From assembly GCA_934149305.1 (NCBI GenBank), contig CAKPEF010000008.1, positions 1,885-65,884 on the forward strand: 64,000 nucleotides of DNA. Reading direction: 5' to 3'. The notes under the pieces were generated by a model. That model saw nothing but the letters and a program-made list of their open reading frames with translations. It did no database searches and was not told the DNA's origin. Shown here in pieces: positions 19,812-30,486 of this stretch (position 1 is its first letter; every line of letters begins with the position of its first letter). The translations under genes were made by a program, and so were the position numbers. Source of the stretch: an uncultured Clostridia bacterium (lineage in GTDB: Bacteria; Bacillota; Clostridia; TANB77; UBA1234).

Positions 19812-20573
19812 TTACACTATTGTCAACACTTCGGCACCATTTTTTGTTATCAAAATGGTGTTTTCGTAGTGTGCAGACAGTTTTCCATCTTCTGTAAGCA
19901 CTGTCCAACCATCTTCATCTTCTATTATATCGGCTCTGCCTTCATTTACCATGGGTTCAACTGCTAGTGTCATGCCAGCTTCAAGCCTTGGTCCTCTTCC
20001 TGCTTTTCCGTAATTTGGTACTCCTGGATCTTCATGCATACTTGTGCCAATTCCATGTCCTTGGAATTCTCTTACTACAGAGTAACCGTTGTCTTCAACA
20101 TACATTTGAATTGCATGAGAAATATCCGAAACTCTATTGCCTGGTTTTGCGTATTTTATTCCTTCCCAAAAGCTTTCTTCTGTTACTTTTACTAGTCTTT
20201 TGGCTTCTTCGCTACCTTCTCCTACAACATAACTTCTTGTTGCATCTCCAAAATAGCCATCCTTATCTGCAACAATATCTATACATACTAAATCTCCATC
20301 TTTCAACTTTCTGTTTGATGGTATTCCGTGGATAACTTCATCATTTACAGAAATACATGCAGTTGCTGGAAAAGGATTAGGATCACCATGTGGATATCCT
20401 TTACACGAGCAATTGCATCCATGTGATAAAAAGAACTTTTCTGTAACTTCATCCAACTCTTTAGTTGTTACTCCTACTTTTACATGCTTTTTTATTTCTT
20501 CATGTGCTAATGCTACTATTTTACAGATTTCTCTCATTTTTGCTATTTCTTTTTCAGATTTTATTGAAATCAT
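19812..20573 (-). CDS. map: type I methionine aminopeptidase
   Basis: Metal ligands in the DIVADKDGYFGD, HGIG and EPM contexts. Start set at MISIKSEKEI behind a GGAGA RBS. Confidence 0.93.
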   Translation of the reverse strand: MISIKSEKEIAKMREICKIVALAHEEIKKHVKVGVTTKELDEVTEKFFLSHGCNCSCKGYPHGDPNPFPATACISVNDEVIHGIPSNRKLKDGDLVCIDIVADKDGYFGDATRSYVVGEGSEEAKRLVKVTEESFWEGIKYAKPGNRVSDISHAIQMYVEDNGYSVVREFQGHGIGTSMHEDPGVPNYGKAGRGPRLEAGMTLAVEPMVNEGRADIIEDEDGWTVLTEDGKLSAHYENTILITKNGAEVLTIV

Positions 20574-20660
20574 TATATAAACATCTCCAGTCATTTTTGT
20601 TTTCAAAATCGTTTATATTTTACCACATTTTCACATATTTTTCAATGAAATTCAGATATT

Positions 20661-22721
20661 TCAAGCAAATAATCTTCCTATCCATCCAAACATCTTATCT
20701 AGCACTACCATTAGTCTATCCCAGAATGTTTGGTTATTTTCTTTTTGCTCTAAGTCTCCTGTTTTTGGCTTTACCTCTTTTATATCAGGTGTTTTTAGTA
20801 TAAATTGCACTTCTGTTACATTTTCATTTTTTTCTGAACCAAATGATTCTACTTTAGCATCTTTATCTATATTAAATATATTTGTTTTTTCTTCTATTTC
20901 ATCCCATTTATCATCTGTTATGTTTTGTATTGTGTTTTTTGAATTTATTAGTGTGTCTGCTTGCTTTGTAATTTGCATCAATTGTTTATTTACAGATAGT
21001 ATTGCATCTGCTGTTTTATCCGTTCCTTCATATATCGTACTGCTTATTATTTTTAATGTTTTTTGCAAGTTGCCAATCATACTTACAGACAATGAATCCA
21101 TCTCTTTTAATTCTTGCACTAATTTTTTCATATTTTCTATTGATGCTTCAAAGTCACCACTATTTGCAAGCAATTTATCACTATATTCATTTGCTGTTTT
21201 CAACATTTCTCCTAATGTTGATGTTGCGCTTACTAGTCCTGATGTAACATCTTCTATTACTTCTGCATCATCTTTATCTATCATCTTATAAATTTTATTT
21301 AAATCGCTTTCTAATGTCTTTAAATCTTTTGCTAATGTTTTGGTTCCAGATGCACTACTACCAGACATTTCTTTTAATATTTTTTGTACTTCACCTAAAT
21401 TATCATATATATCTTCAGCCGATGTTGAGATTTTGCCAAATATAGCTTCCATTTGGGCATCACCAGAAATGCTTGGGCTAACCTTTTCGACTGTACCTTC
21501 TATTGTTTTGGCACCAACACCTATATTATATAAGCAATCTTCTAATGCTTTAGTTTCTTCGCTTGTATCTAAGCTTCCCAATAAACCTCTTAAATCAGAT
21601 GTCAAATTTGATAATGTTTTGACTAAGTCTTTTATTATTTCAACTTCATCTGGCAAGTCTTCAACTACATCTTCTAAATCACTTAAACTATCATTTAAAT
21701 CATCTACATTTTCTTCTAAGTTTTTAGCCTTTTCGTTTATTTTTTCTGACATTTCTACAAATATTTCGTAATTTGTTTTCATGCTATCTAAGTCTTTATT
21801 GGTATTTTCTATAATAGGTTCAAGTTCTTCTAATACCGTCTTTATTTTTGCAATATCTTCATCTCTTAAGCCACTTAGCCCATGTATTTCTTTTGTTCCT
21901 TTTTTTATTTCAGTTACACCATTGTTTATGCCATTTAAGCCGTTATTCATTCCTTTTAGTGAGTTTAAGATTACATCTGTGCTTGAATTTATTGCATCTT
22001 TGGCATTTTCTATATTTTCTTTTTCATCCACTAAATCTGATAATTCATCTAATATGTTACCTGTTATTGGAACCATTGCCATTGTTATACCATCCATGCT
22101 AAAGTTTTCTGTTCCTAATTTTATATGTAATGTTGTGCTTTGACCTGGTAATACTATGAACATAAGTGTTTTTGTATTACCCGTATTTGCTATAATAGCC
22201 TCTTCTGATTCTAAGCTTAAGTAATCATCCATATCATAACTACCTGTTACTTCTAGCATGTAATTGTTTTTGTAATACTCTTTTGCATTCTCATTTGCGT
22301 TTATCTCTAGAACTATCTCAACTAATCCTTTTGCACCTAACAAATCTTTTTGAGCACATTCAACTCCATTTAATTTATATGTTATTTTAAATGTCCATGG
22401 CAATTTATCATAATATTCTTCTCCAACTTTTCCTGTGTATGCCACTCTTCTTTCGCCACTAACATTAAAAATTGTTTTTTCTTCTCCACTTTCTATATTC
22501 TTTCTATTTGTTAAATTTTCAACTTTTGTATATTTTGTATAATCCTCATAGCTTTCAGCTGTGTTGTTTGTTAATATGCTGTATATGTTTATTTCTGAGA
22601 CATTTCCCTCTTCTCCCAAGTTTACGTATACTGTCTCACTTTTATTTATGCTAGGCATTGCAAAGCAAAAACTATTCATAACTATCATAAATGCTAATAT
22701 CAAACTAATTACACGTTTCAA
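20661..22721 (-). CDS. secreted 686-aa protein: N-terminal beta-rich domain, then long YhgE/Pip-like coiled-coil repeats
   Basis: Signal peptide MKRVISLILAFMIVMNSFCFA. The central segments LNSLKGMNNGLNGINNGVTEIKKGTKEI resemble the xxxLxxG heptads of YhgE/Pip proteins. Last gene of the tetR-MMPL cassette. Confidence 0.6.
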   Translation of the reverse strand: MKRVISLILAFMIVMNSFCFAMPSINKSETVYVNLGEEGNVSEINIYSILTNNTAESYEDYTKYTKVENLTNRKNIESGEEKTIFNVSGERRVAYTGKVGEEYYDKLPWTFKITYKLNGVECAQKDLLGAKGLVEIVLEINANENAKEYYKNNYMLEVTGSYDMDDYLSLESEEAIIANTGNTKTLMFIVLPGQSTTLHIKLGTENFSMDGITMAMVPITGNILDELSDLVDEKENIENAKDAINSSTDVILNSLKGMNNGLNGINNGVTEIKKGTKEIHGLSGLRDEDIAKIKTVLEELEPIIENTNKDLDSMKTNYEIFVEMSEKINEKAKNLEENVDDLNDSLSDLEDVVEDLPDEVEIIKDLVKTLSNLTSDLRGLLGSLDTSEETKALEDCLYNIGVGAKTIEGTVEKVSPSISGDAQMEAIFGKISTSAEDIYDNLGEVQKILKEMSGSSASGTKTLAKDLKTLESDLNKIYKMIDKDDAEVIEDVTSGLVSATSTLGEMLKTANEYSDKLLANSGDFEASIENMKKLVQELKEMDSLSVSMIGNLQKTLKIISSTIYEGTDKTADAILSVNKQLMQITKQADTLINSKNTIQNITDDKWDEIEEKTNIFNIDKDAKVESFGSEKNENVTEVQFILKTPDIKEVKPKTGDLEQKENNQTFWDRLMVVLDKMFGWIGRLFA

Positions 22722-22747
22722 TTTAATTACCTCTTTTCTTACTATTT

Positions 22748-22882
22748 GTTGTGTTCACTAATTACAATATTTTTTCCAATTTTACTTCAGTCTACTGCTA
22801 TCAATTGTTTTTTATGGAGCACACTGTGCTCCGCTACATTTTTGATGGCATATTTTATTTTTCATAAATTAGTTTACACTAC
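22748..22882 (+). repeat. GTAG-hairpin intergenic repeat, full-length modular copy
   Basis: TTGTGTTCACTAATTACAATATTTTTT...ATCAATTGTTTTTTATGGAGCACACTGTGCTCCGCTACATTTTTGATGGCATATTTTATTTTTCATAAATTAGTTTACACTAC. It ends 1 nt before the MMPL stop codon. Confidence 0.9.
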
Positions 22883-22883
22883 A

Positions 22884-24977
22884 TTACACTTCTTCAGTTA
22901 CTTTTTCTTTTGTTTTACTCTTTTTTACACTTCTAAATTTCGTTTCTTCTATTGCTTTATCAAATAATGATAGTACGTGTGGCAAGAAGAAAATTACTAG
23001 GAACATACTTATAAGTGCTCCTCTTCCGATCAAGCCTCCCATTTCAGATACCGCTTTTATACTAGAACACCATTTTAGTAAAAATGCCGCACATACTAAG
23101 ATTCCGCCTGATGTTAATATTGATGGTATACTTTTATTAACTGCAATACGAGAAGCCATTTTCTTATCATTTTCTTTTCTTGCATTCAAATAATTATTTG
23201 TCATAAGAATTGCGTAATCGATTGTGGCTCCTAATTCTATTGTACTAACTATCAAATAACCTAAAAACATCATTTCTTTACCTGTATAGTATGGTATTGC
23301 CATGTTTATAAATATTCCGCTTTCTATTACAAGTGTAAGTAATATTGGAAGTATAAATGATTTAAATGTAAATAACAAAATTACCATAACCGCTAAAATA
23401 GAAAATATGTTTACTCTTGTATAATCCGCATTTACCACGTCTTTTATATTAAGAGTTATTGGCACTGTTCCTGTTATTTCATAATTATCCCCATAATATT
23501 TCTTTGTAAGTTCCTCTATCTTTCTTGATGTTTCAAATGCCAAATCGCTTTCCGATGATGTTTTTGTATATATTACTAATCTTGAATACTTGTCTGTTCT
23601 AAATTTTTGATATTTATCTATTGGCACAAAACTGTCTGGAATTCCTTCACTTACTAGGTTAGCTAGGCTTTGTACCTTCTTAACGCTTTCCATATCTTCG
23701 ATTTCTTTAACTAATGCTTTTTCACTGACATAATCACCTGTTGGCACTAACACTATCATTGGGTTGCTTCTATCAAATTTGCTATTTATCTTCTTTTCAT
23801 CTTCATATACTTTTGTACCTTCTCCACCACCAAATGATGATGAACCATACAAGAATATGTTTTGTTTTTGTGCCACATATGACGGAATTGCTATTATAAG
23901 TACAATTGCAATTAGCAAATACGATATTTTTGCAGTGTATTTTGCGAATTTTTCGAAATCAGGCATAAACGATTTATGACGTGTTTTTTCTATTAATGGA
24001 TAGGACTTCAAAATTAAGCATGGCATAAACAATATAACTGTGAATAATGTTAAAACTATACCTTTAGCGAATACAAGTCCCATATCCGCACCTATTGTAA
24101 ATCCCATAAAACAAAGTGCTAAAAAGCCTGCAATAGTTGTAAGTGCACTTGAAAATATTGATAAACAAGACTTTTTAACAGTCTCCATCATTGCCTTTTC
24201 TAAATCTTCGCCCTTATGTGATTCAAATTCATGTAACATAAATACCGAATAATCCATAGAAACAGCAAGTTGAAGTGCTGCAACTATGCTATATGTAAGG
24301 AAAGAAACATGCTTAAATATAACATTACTTCCCATATTTAAGAATATTGATGTTCCAATTACTATCATAAATAGAATTGGCGAGAAATATGAATCTGTAG
24401 TTAATACAAGAATTATAATAACTACTGGAATCAGTATGCACATTACTTTACTAACTTCGCTTTGAACTGTATCGGCAGCTGATTTTGTATCCACAGCGGA
24501 ACCGATTATATTGCTTCCTTCTGGGACTATTTTATTTATTTCATCAATTGCTTTACTAGTTTTGCTTGAATAATCATCTTCATCAAACATTATTTCAAAG
24601 ATGGCGCTTCCATCGTTATAATAATCTCTAAGCTCATCTTCTGATATAAAATCAAGCGGTCTATATATATCTATGCTATCATCTAGCCAAACAACCATGT
24701 CTACGCCGTCTACTTTTTCAATTTGATTTTTATACTCTTTTGCTTCTACCAAACTCACATCGTTTATCATTACCCTTGCAAATCCTTGCATGCCAAATTC
24801 TTCTTCAACTATATTCATTCCTCTCTTAGCTCTTTCGGTATCTGAAATATACTCAGATAGGTTATAATTGATCTTTACGCTAGGAATTAATAATATGCTT
24901 ATTATAGTTGCTACTATAAATATAATTCCTATCTTATTTCTGTTTTTTACTATAAATTCTGCTATTTTGTCATTCAT
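22884..24977 (-). CDS. MMPL/RND-superfamily membrane transporter
   Basis: 697 aa with a duplicated architecture: TM, large extracytoplasmic loop, 5 TM, repeated. Overlaps the tetR gene by 8 nt. Confidence 0.85.
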   Translation of the reverse strand: MNDKIAEFIVKNRNKIGIIFIVATIISILLIPSVKINYNLSEYISDTERAKRGMNIVEEEFGMQGFARVMINDVSLVEAKEYKNQIEKVDGVDMVVWLDDSIDIYRPLDFISEDELRDYYNDGSAIFEIMFDEDDYSSKTSKAIDEINKIVPEGSNIIGSAVDTKSAADTVQSEVSKVMCILIPVVIIILVLTTDSYFSPILFMIVIGTSIFLNMGSNVIFKHVSFLTYSIVAALQLAVSMDYSVFMLHEFESHKGEDLEKAMMETVKKSCLSIFSSALTTIAGFLALCFMGFTIGADMGLVFAKGIVLTLFTVILFMPCLILKSYPLIEKTRHKSFMPDFEKFAKYTAKISYLLIAIVLIIAIPSYVAQKQNIFLYGSSSFGGGEGTKVYEDEKKINSKFDRSNPMIVLVPTGDYVSEKALVKEIEDMESVKKVQSLANLVSEGIPDSFVPIDKYQKFRTDKYSRLVIYTKTSSESDLAFETSRKIEELTKKYYGDNYEITGTVPITLNIKDVVNADYTRVNIFSILAVMVILLFTFKSFILPILLTLVIESGIFINMAIPYYTGKEMMFLGYLIVSTIELGATIDYAILMTNNYLNARKENDKKMASRIAVNKSIPSILTSGGILVCAAFLLKWCSSIKAVSEMGGLIGRGALISMFLVIFFLPHVLSLFDKAIEETKFRSVKKSKTKEKVTEEV

Positions 24978-25572
24978 CTTTTATCACTTCCATTACTTTC
25001 TCGCTTAGTCCACTAAGCATTAATTTCTTATATATTTCTAGATTTCTTTTCAAATCTTCTATATTATCTACATTGTTTTTTACAATGTATGTAAACCCTT
25101 CAAACTGTGCCCTAGATATCGCATTACATAGTGTAATGTCAACTTTTTCTTTATCAGTTATGCTTTTTACAATGCTTGCAAGCTTGTTTGTAAACATATC
25201 TAATATTTGCTCTTTAAAATCTGTAAATTGTCTTTCTGTTTCTGAATTTAACATTACTTTAAGTGTATCTTTATTCTCTTCTGCTAGCTTTAATGTTAGC
25301 TCTATAAGTCCTTCAAAAATCAAGTTCGAGTCAATATCTTGATAATTAGAAGGTATATCACTTACAAACTTGCTCACCTTTTCTTCTACTTCTTTTAGGA
25401 TTTCATTCAATAAATGTTTTTTAGTCAAAAAATATCTGTAAATATTTCCTGTACTAATACCTACATCTAAAGCAATATCCTTCATTGAAGTATTTTCATA
25501 TCCCTCTTTTTTAAATCTTTTCTTACCAACTTCTATTATCTTTTGTTTAATATCATCTTTTAATTTCTGCAA
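24970..25572 (-). CDS. TetR/AcrR family transcriptional regulator
   Basis: HTH TSMKDIALDVGISTGNIYRYF. Probable TTG start 8 nt behind GGAGGTG; the ORF-track start is at 25605. Confidence 0.85.
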   Translation of the reverse strand: MQKLKDDIKQKIIEVGKKRFKKEGYENTSMKDIALDVGISTGNIYRYFLTKKHLLNEILKEVEEKVSKFVSDIPSNYQDIDSNLIFEGLIELTLKLAEENKDTLKVMLNSETERQFTDFKEQILDMFTNKLASIVKSITDKEKVDITLCNAISRAQFEGFTYIVKNNVDNIEDLKRNLEIYKKLMLSGLSEKVMEVIKDE

Positions 25573-25588
25573 AACATCCACCTCCAAC

Positions 25589-25661
25589 AATGAATTTATA
25601 TTCACTATTGATATATTATATACCGAATTTTTAAAAAGTCAATAATGAATTTATATTCATT
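25589..25661 (-). promoter_or_regulatory. tetR-cassette promoter flanked by two operator-like palindromes
   Basis: Minus strand: TTGACT (25637..25642), 16 nt, TATAAT (25615..25620). The palindrome AATGAAT-TTAT-ATTCATT lies at 25644..25661, and a one-mismatch copy lies at 25589..25606. Confidence 0.55.
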
Positions 25662-25695
25662 ATTATTTTTAATACTTATAGCTTTACATTTCATT

Positions 25696-25788
25696 TAGTT
25701 GCGTTCACTAACCTTTTATAGTGCAAGCCTAAGCTATTCTTTTTTTGTGCGGTGCATCTTATCTTTTTCATAAATTAGACTACTCCAC
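25696..25788 (+). repeat. GTAG-hairpin intergenic repeat, degenerate copy
   Basis: TTAGTTGCGTTCACTAACCTTTTATAGTGCAAGCCTAAGCTATTC...TTTTTCATAAATTAGACTACTCC. Confidence 0.65.
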
Positions 25789-25907
25789 AGCTCATTTTAT
25801 TAAAAAATATTTGTTCTCGCATACCCAGGAGCAAAAGGCATAAAAAAATAACTTAGCCTGCAATGCATTTCTGCATTTTAGACTAAGTTACTCTATGTAA
25901 TATTAAA

Positions 25908-26561
25908 TTACTTTAATTGCTCTTTAACAAGTGCTATAGTATCTTCTAATCTTTCTTGTCCAACAACTGTAGCTAATATTCCTTTTTCTGTGTAATAAGC
26001 TATTAAAGGCTCTGTTTGTTTGTGATATGTTTCAAGTCTCTTTGAAACTGTTGCTTCATTGTCGTCATCTCTAATAAATAGTTTGCTTCCGCATTTGTCA
26101 CAAATACCTTCAACTTTTGGTGGGTTATCTCTCATATTATAGATTTCTTTGCAGTCTGGGTTCTCACAAGTTCTTCTATTTAATGCCCTACCCATGATTT
26201 CTTCATCTGGAACATGTAAGTTTATTACTTTATCCACTTTTATTCCGTTTTCTGTTAAATATTCATCTAATGCCTTAGCTTGGTCAATTGTTCTTGGGAA
26301 TCCATCTAATAAAAATCCTCTTTCTTTACAATCTGACTCTTCTAATCTATTTTTTAATAAATTAATTACTAATTCATCTGGAACTAAAGCTCCTTTATCC
26401 ATGTATGCTTTTGCTTCTTTACCAAGTTCTGTTCCATCTGCTATATTTTTTCTTAAAATATCACCTGTTGAGATGTGTGGAACATTGTAATCTTTAGTTA
26501 TCCATTTGCATTGTGAACCTTTTCCGCTACCAGGTGCACCAAGTATAATTAATCTTATCAT
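25908..26561 (-). CDS. adk: adenylate kinase (zinc-lid type)
   Basis: GAPGSGKGSQ P-loop and a lid with CxxC...CxxC (CENPDC ... CDKCGSKL). Confidence 0.96.
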   Translation of the reverse strand: MIRLIILGAPGSGKGSQCKWITKDYNVPHISTGDILRKNIADGTELGKEAKAYMDKGALVPDELVINLLKNRLEESDCKERGFLLDGFPRTIDQAKALDEYLTENGIKVDKVINLHVPDEEIMGRALNRRTCENPDCKEIYNMRDNPPKVEGICDKCGSKLFIRDDDNEATVSKRLETYHKQTEPLIAYYTEKGILATVVGQERLEDTIALVKEQLK

Positions 26562-26663
26562 ATATTTGACCTCCTATTATTTTTATATGTCTATAATATA
26601 CTCAAAAAGGTTGGTTGTCAATTGCAAAAAAGGACACTCCCATAGGAGTATCCATTTTTTCTA

Positions 26664-28028
26664 TTAATCTAAAAATCCTTTATAATGACGTGTTAACATT
26701 TGAGCTTCTAGTTGTCTGATTGATTCTAGAGCAACACCAACTACGATTAGTATAGCTGTTCCTCCAAATGATAATCTAAGACCTGCAAATTGTACTAATA
26801 TTGGCAAAATTGCAATGATTGCTAGGAATATAGCACCAAATGTTGTTATATATTTTAGTATTGATGCAAGATAATCCGATGTAGGTTTTCCTGCTCTAAT
26901 ACCTGGTATAAATCCGCCATTTTTCTTTAAATTATTTGATACTTCAACTGGGTTAAATGCCATTGCCATTGTGTAGAAGAATGTAAATCCAACTATTAAC
27001 AATAGGTATATAACAATGTGTGCAATTCCACACCATAAAATATCCCAGTTGAATGCTCCTGTTGTTGCATCTGTTAAACTTGCATTTAATGATGTAAATG
27101 CAAATACTTTATACATTGTAGCCCAGAAACCTGTGCTTGTTGCTATGTCATGATTTACAAGTTGCATAATCATTGCTGGCAACTGCATAAATGACATTGC
27201 AAAGATTACTGGCATAACACCTGCCATTGCAAGTTTCATAGGAATGTGTGTGTTTTGTCCACCATACATTTTTCTACCTACTACTCTTTTTGCATATTGA
27301 ACAGGAACTCTTCTTTCAGCCTCTGTTACCCAAACAACACCCGCAACAAGTATAATTGCTGCAATTATTACTGCGATTGAAATTATTAATCCCTTAATAT
27401 TCAACACACCCTCAACAATACATAAATCATGAACTAAATACTCTATTGCTGATGGAATCCCAGAAACGATACCAGCAAAAATCAATAATGAAGTACCATT
27501 TCCTATTCCCTTTGATGTAATTTGTTCGGCAAGCCACATCAAAAGTGTAGAACCAGCTGTAAGTGTTAGTATAAATAGTAATGGTGTTAATATACCGTTT
27601 CCTATAAATACTCCTTGGTTTTTATATGTAGCATAGATACCAAATGCTTCGATTGCTGCAAGAATAACTGCCGCATATCTCATATATTGGTTTATTTTCT
27701 TTCTACCTTCTTCGCCACCATCTTTAGATAAGCTTTCTAAAGCTGGGATAGCAAATGTCAATAATTGTACAACAATTGATGCTGTAATGTATGGACTTAT
27801 TGACATTGCAAATACAGAAAGGTTTGAAAATGCTCCACCAGTTATTATGTTGACTGTTCCTACAATTGAATTTGTTGAACTTTTATTAACTAATGCTAAT
27901 AATTCACCATCAACTCCCGGTGCTGTAACAAATGCTCCAAATCTAAAAATTGCTAATAATAATAGAGTGTATAGAAGTTTCTTTCTTAACTCTGGAACCT
28001 TCCATGCGTTAGCTAGTGTTTTAAACAC
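26664..28028 (-). CDS. secY: preprotein translocase subunit SecY
   Basis: FKTLANAWKVPELRKKLLYTL... Likely GTG start 1 nt after the rplO stop; the ORF-track TTG start is at 28043. Confidence 0.95.
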   Translation of the reverse strand: MFKTLANAWKVPELRKKLLYTLLLLAIFRFGAFVTAPGVDGELLALVNKSSTNSIVGTVNIITGGAFSNLSVFAMSISPYITASIVVQLLTFAIPALESLSKDGGEEGRKKINQYMRYAAVILAAIEAFGIYATYKNQGVFIGNGILTPLLFILTLTAGSTLLMWLAEQITSKGIGNGTSLLIFAGIVSGIPSAIEYLVHDLCIVEGVLNIKGLIISIAVIIAAIILVAGVVWVTEAERRVPVQYAKRVVGRKMYGGQNTHIPMKLAMAGVMPVIFAMSFMQLPAMIMQLVNHDIATSTGFWATMYKVFAFTSLNASLTDATTGAFNWDILWCGIAHIVIYLLLIVGFTFFYTMAMAFNPVEVSNNLKKNGGFIPGIRAGKPTSDYLASILKYITTFGAIFLAIIAILPILVQFAGLRLSFGGTAILIVVGVALESIRQLEAQMLTRHYKGFLD

Positions 28029-28029
28029 T

Positions 28030-28470
28030 TTACACCACCTCAACCTTTCCGCCAGCAGCAGTTATTTTTTCGTTTGCTGTTTTTGTTACTCTAGCAGCCT
28101 TAACAGTAAGTTTTTTAGTTAATTCTCCATTTCCTAAAACAACTATACCATCATTTGCTTTTTTAATTATTCCAGCTTCTAATAAGCTTTCTGCTGTTAC
28201 CTCTGTGTTGTTATCTAGTGTTTCTAACATTGCAAGTGTAACTTCTGTGTATGTTTTTGCTCCTCTATTTTTGAATCCTCTCTTTGGAATTCTTCTGAAT
28301 AATGGCATTTGACCACCTTCAAATCCTGGTCTAACTCCACCGCCACTTCTAGCTTTTTGGCCTTTATGACCTTTACCAGCAGTTTTACCAAGTCCAGAAC
28401 CGATACCTCTACCAATTCTCTTTCTAGTTTCTCTAGCTCCTGGTGTGCTTGTTAATTCGTCAAGTTTCAT
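28030..28470 (-). CDS. rplO: 50S ribosomal protein L15
   Basis: MKLDEL...[31 protein letters not shown] behind GGGAGGTG. Confidence 0.96.
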   Translation of the reverse strand: MKLDELTSTPGARETRKRIGRGIGSGLGKTAGKGHKGQKARSGGGVRPGFEGGQMPLFRRIPKRGFKNRGAKTYTEVTLAMLETLDNNTEVTAESLLEAGIIKKANDGIVVLGNGELTKKLTVKAARVTKTANEKITAAGGKVEVV

Positions 28471-28539
28471 GTTTTGCACCTCCCTTTAGTTTTCATCTAA
28501 ATATTTTAACATATAAAATTATCTTTACATAGGTAATTT

Positions 28540-29031
28540 TTATAAAATTTCTGAAACTTTTTTGCCACGAAGATTTGCTACCATTTCAGCTGTCTTCATT
28601 TCGCTTAATGCTTTAAGTGTGGCATATGCAGCGTTTCTTGGGTTGTTTGAACCTAAGTTTTTAGTTCTTATATTCTTATATCCTGCGATATCTAATACAA
28701 GTCTTGCTGCACCACCAGCAATAAGTCCTGTACCTTCAGCAGCTGGTTTTAATAAAACTTTACCGCTACCAAATGTACCGATTAGTTCATGAGGTATTGT
28801 TGTATTTACTATTGGTACTTCGATTACATTTTTCTTAGCATCTTCAATAGCTTTTCTTATAGCATCTGGAACTTCAGCTGCTTTTCCGTTTCCAACACCA
28901 ACATGTCCTTGACCATCACCAACAACAACTAGTGCGCTAAATCTAAATGTTCTACCACCTTTAACAACTTTAGCAACTCTGTTGATTGTTATAACTTTTT
29001 CTGTCAAGTCTAATTTTTCTGCATCTATCAT
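28540..29031 (-). CDS. rpsE: 30S ribosomal protein S5
   Basis: [24 protein letters not shown]. Start set at MIDAEK behind AAAGGAGAA. Confidence 0.96.
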   Translation of the reverse strand: MIDAEKLDLTEKVITINRVAKVVKGGRTFRFSALVVVGDGQGHVGVGNGKAAEVPDAIRKAIEDAKKNVIEVPIVNTTIPHELIGTFGSGKVLLKPAAEGTGLIAGGAARLVLDIAGYKNIRTKNLGSNNPRNAAYATLKALSEMKTAEMVANLRGKKVSEIL

Positions 29032-29056
29032 AATTGTTTCTCCTTTCAATTAAATT

Positions 29057-29416
29057 TTAGAACTCTAAACCTGCTTCTCTAGCAGCTTCAGCTAATGCTT
29101 TTACTTTTCCATGATATATATATCCGCCTCTATCAAAAACTACATTTTTGATATTTGCTTTAACTGCTCTTGTAGCTATTAAAGCTCCAACTTCTTTAGC
29201 AGCTTCTATATTGCTTGCTTTAGTTTTTACTTCTTTATCAAGTGTAGAAGCACAAGCTAAAGTGTTTCCATTTGTATCATCGATAATTTGAGCATAAATA
29301 CCTTTATTGCTTCTAAAAACAGCAAGTCTTGGACGCTCAGGAGTACCAACTATTTTTTCACGAACTCTTTCGTGTCTGATTTCTCTTGACACAGCTCTAC
29401 TTTTCTTGTTAATCAC
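29057..29416 (-). CDS. rplR: 50S ribosomal protein L18
   Basis: [34 protein letters not shown]. Confidence 0.97.
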   Translation of the reverse strand: MINKKSRAVSREIRHERVREKIVGTPERPRLAVFRSNKGIYAQIIDDTNGNTLACASTLDKEVKTKASNIEAAKEVGALIATRAVKANIKNVVFDRGGYIYHGKVKALAEAAREAGLEF

Positions 29417-29459
29417 TTAATTTCTCTCCTTTCACATAGGATTTTTATTTAGCTAGGTT

Positions 29460-29996
29460 TTATTTTTTACCCATCTTTCCTTCTTTTCTGATGATTCTCT
29501 CGTCAATGTATTTGATTCCTTTACCCTTATATGGTTCTGGAGGTCTAACCTTTCTAATTTCAGCAGCTAATTGTCCAACTACTTCTTTGTCTGGTCCTGT
29601 TACAATTATACTATTTGGGTTTGGAGCTTCGATTTTAACATCTCCTCTATCTTCAAACTCAACTGTATGAGAAAATCCCATATTCATTACTAATTTATTT
29701 CCTTGTTTTTGTACTCTATAACCAACACCATTAACTTCTAGCTCTTTTTTGAATCCTTCTGTAACACCAACAACCATGTTGTTTAGAAGAGTTCTTGTTA
29801 ATCCTTGAAGATTATCTTGCTCAGGATTTTTTAGTTCAACTGTAATTACTCCAGCTTCTTGTTTTAAAACCATATCTGGATGTAATTTCTTAACTAGAGT
29901 TCCTTTTGGTCCCTTAACTGTTACTAGGTTATCAGCTTCAATTTTAACTTCAACGCCAGCAGGTATAGTTATAGGTTTCTTTCCTATTCTTGACAT
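29460..29996 (-). CDS. rplF: 50S ribosomal protein L6
   Basis: [17 protein letters not shown]. Confidence 0.97.
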   Translation of the reverse strand: MSRIGKKPITIPAGVEVKIEADNLVTVKGPKGTLVKKLHPDMVLKQEAGVITVELKNPEQDNLQGLTRTLLNNMVVGVTEGFKKELEVNGVGYRVQKQGNKLVMNMGFSHTVEFEDRGDVKIEAPNPNSIIVTGPDKEVVGQLAAEIRKVRPPEPYKGKGIKYIDERIIRKEGKMGKK

Positions 29997-30090
29997 TATA
30001 TTTCTCCTTTCTTGTAACCACTACGATTACAAATTGTATATGTCTAATTCTATATGTACTATTGTACCAAATTGAATTAACCTTTTATTA

Positions 30091-30486
30091 TTACCATACG
30101 AAAGCTAAAACCTCTCCGCCTACGCCTTCTTGTCTTGCTTTCTTATCTGTCATTATTCCCTTTGAAGTTGAAATTAAAGCGATTCCTAATCCACCAAGTA
30201 CTTTTGGAAGTTCATCTTTTGTTGCATAAACTCTTAGTCCTGGTTTACTTACTCTCTTTAATCCTGAAATAACTTTTTGCTTGTTAACATATTTTAAAGT
30301 TATTCTAATAATGCCTTGTGCATTATCTTCTATTTCTTCAAATGCTTTAATATATCCTTCTTCAACTAAGATTTCAGCTATTGATTTCTTTAATTTTGAA
30401 GCAGGAATATCAACAGTTTCATGTTTTTGTGCATTTGCATTTCTAATTCTTGTTAGCATATCTGCTATTGGATCAGTAATGTTCAT
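30091..30486 (-). CDS. rpsH: 30S ribosomal protein S8
   Basis: [14 protein letters not shown]. Confidence 0.97.
   Translation of the reverse strand: MNITDPIADMLTRIRNANAQKHETVDIPASKLKKSIAEILVEEGYIKAFEEIEDNAQGIIRITLKYVNKQKVISGLKRVSKPGLRVYATKDELPKVLGGLGIALISTSKGIMTDKKARQEGVGGEVLAFVW

Noticed and set aside
28224-28415. Same-strand alternative-frame ORFs inside rplO (28224..28415) and rplC (36545..36733).
   Set aside because: They are embedded in highly conserved r-protein genes with no independent start signals. They are chance open frames.
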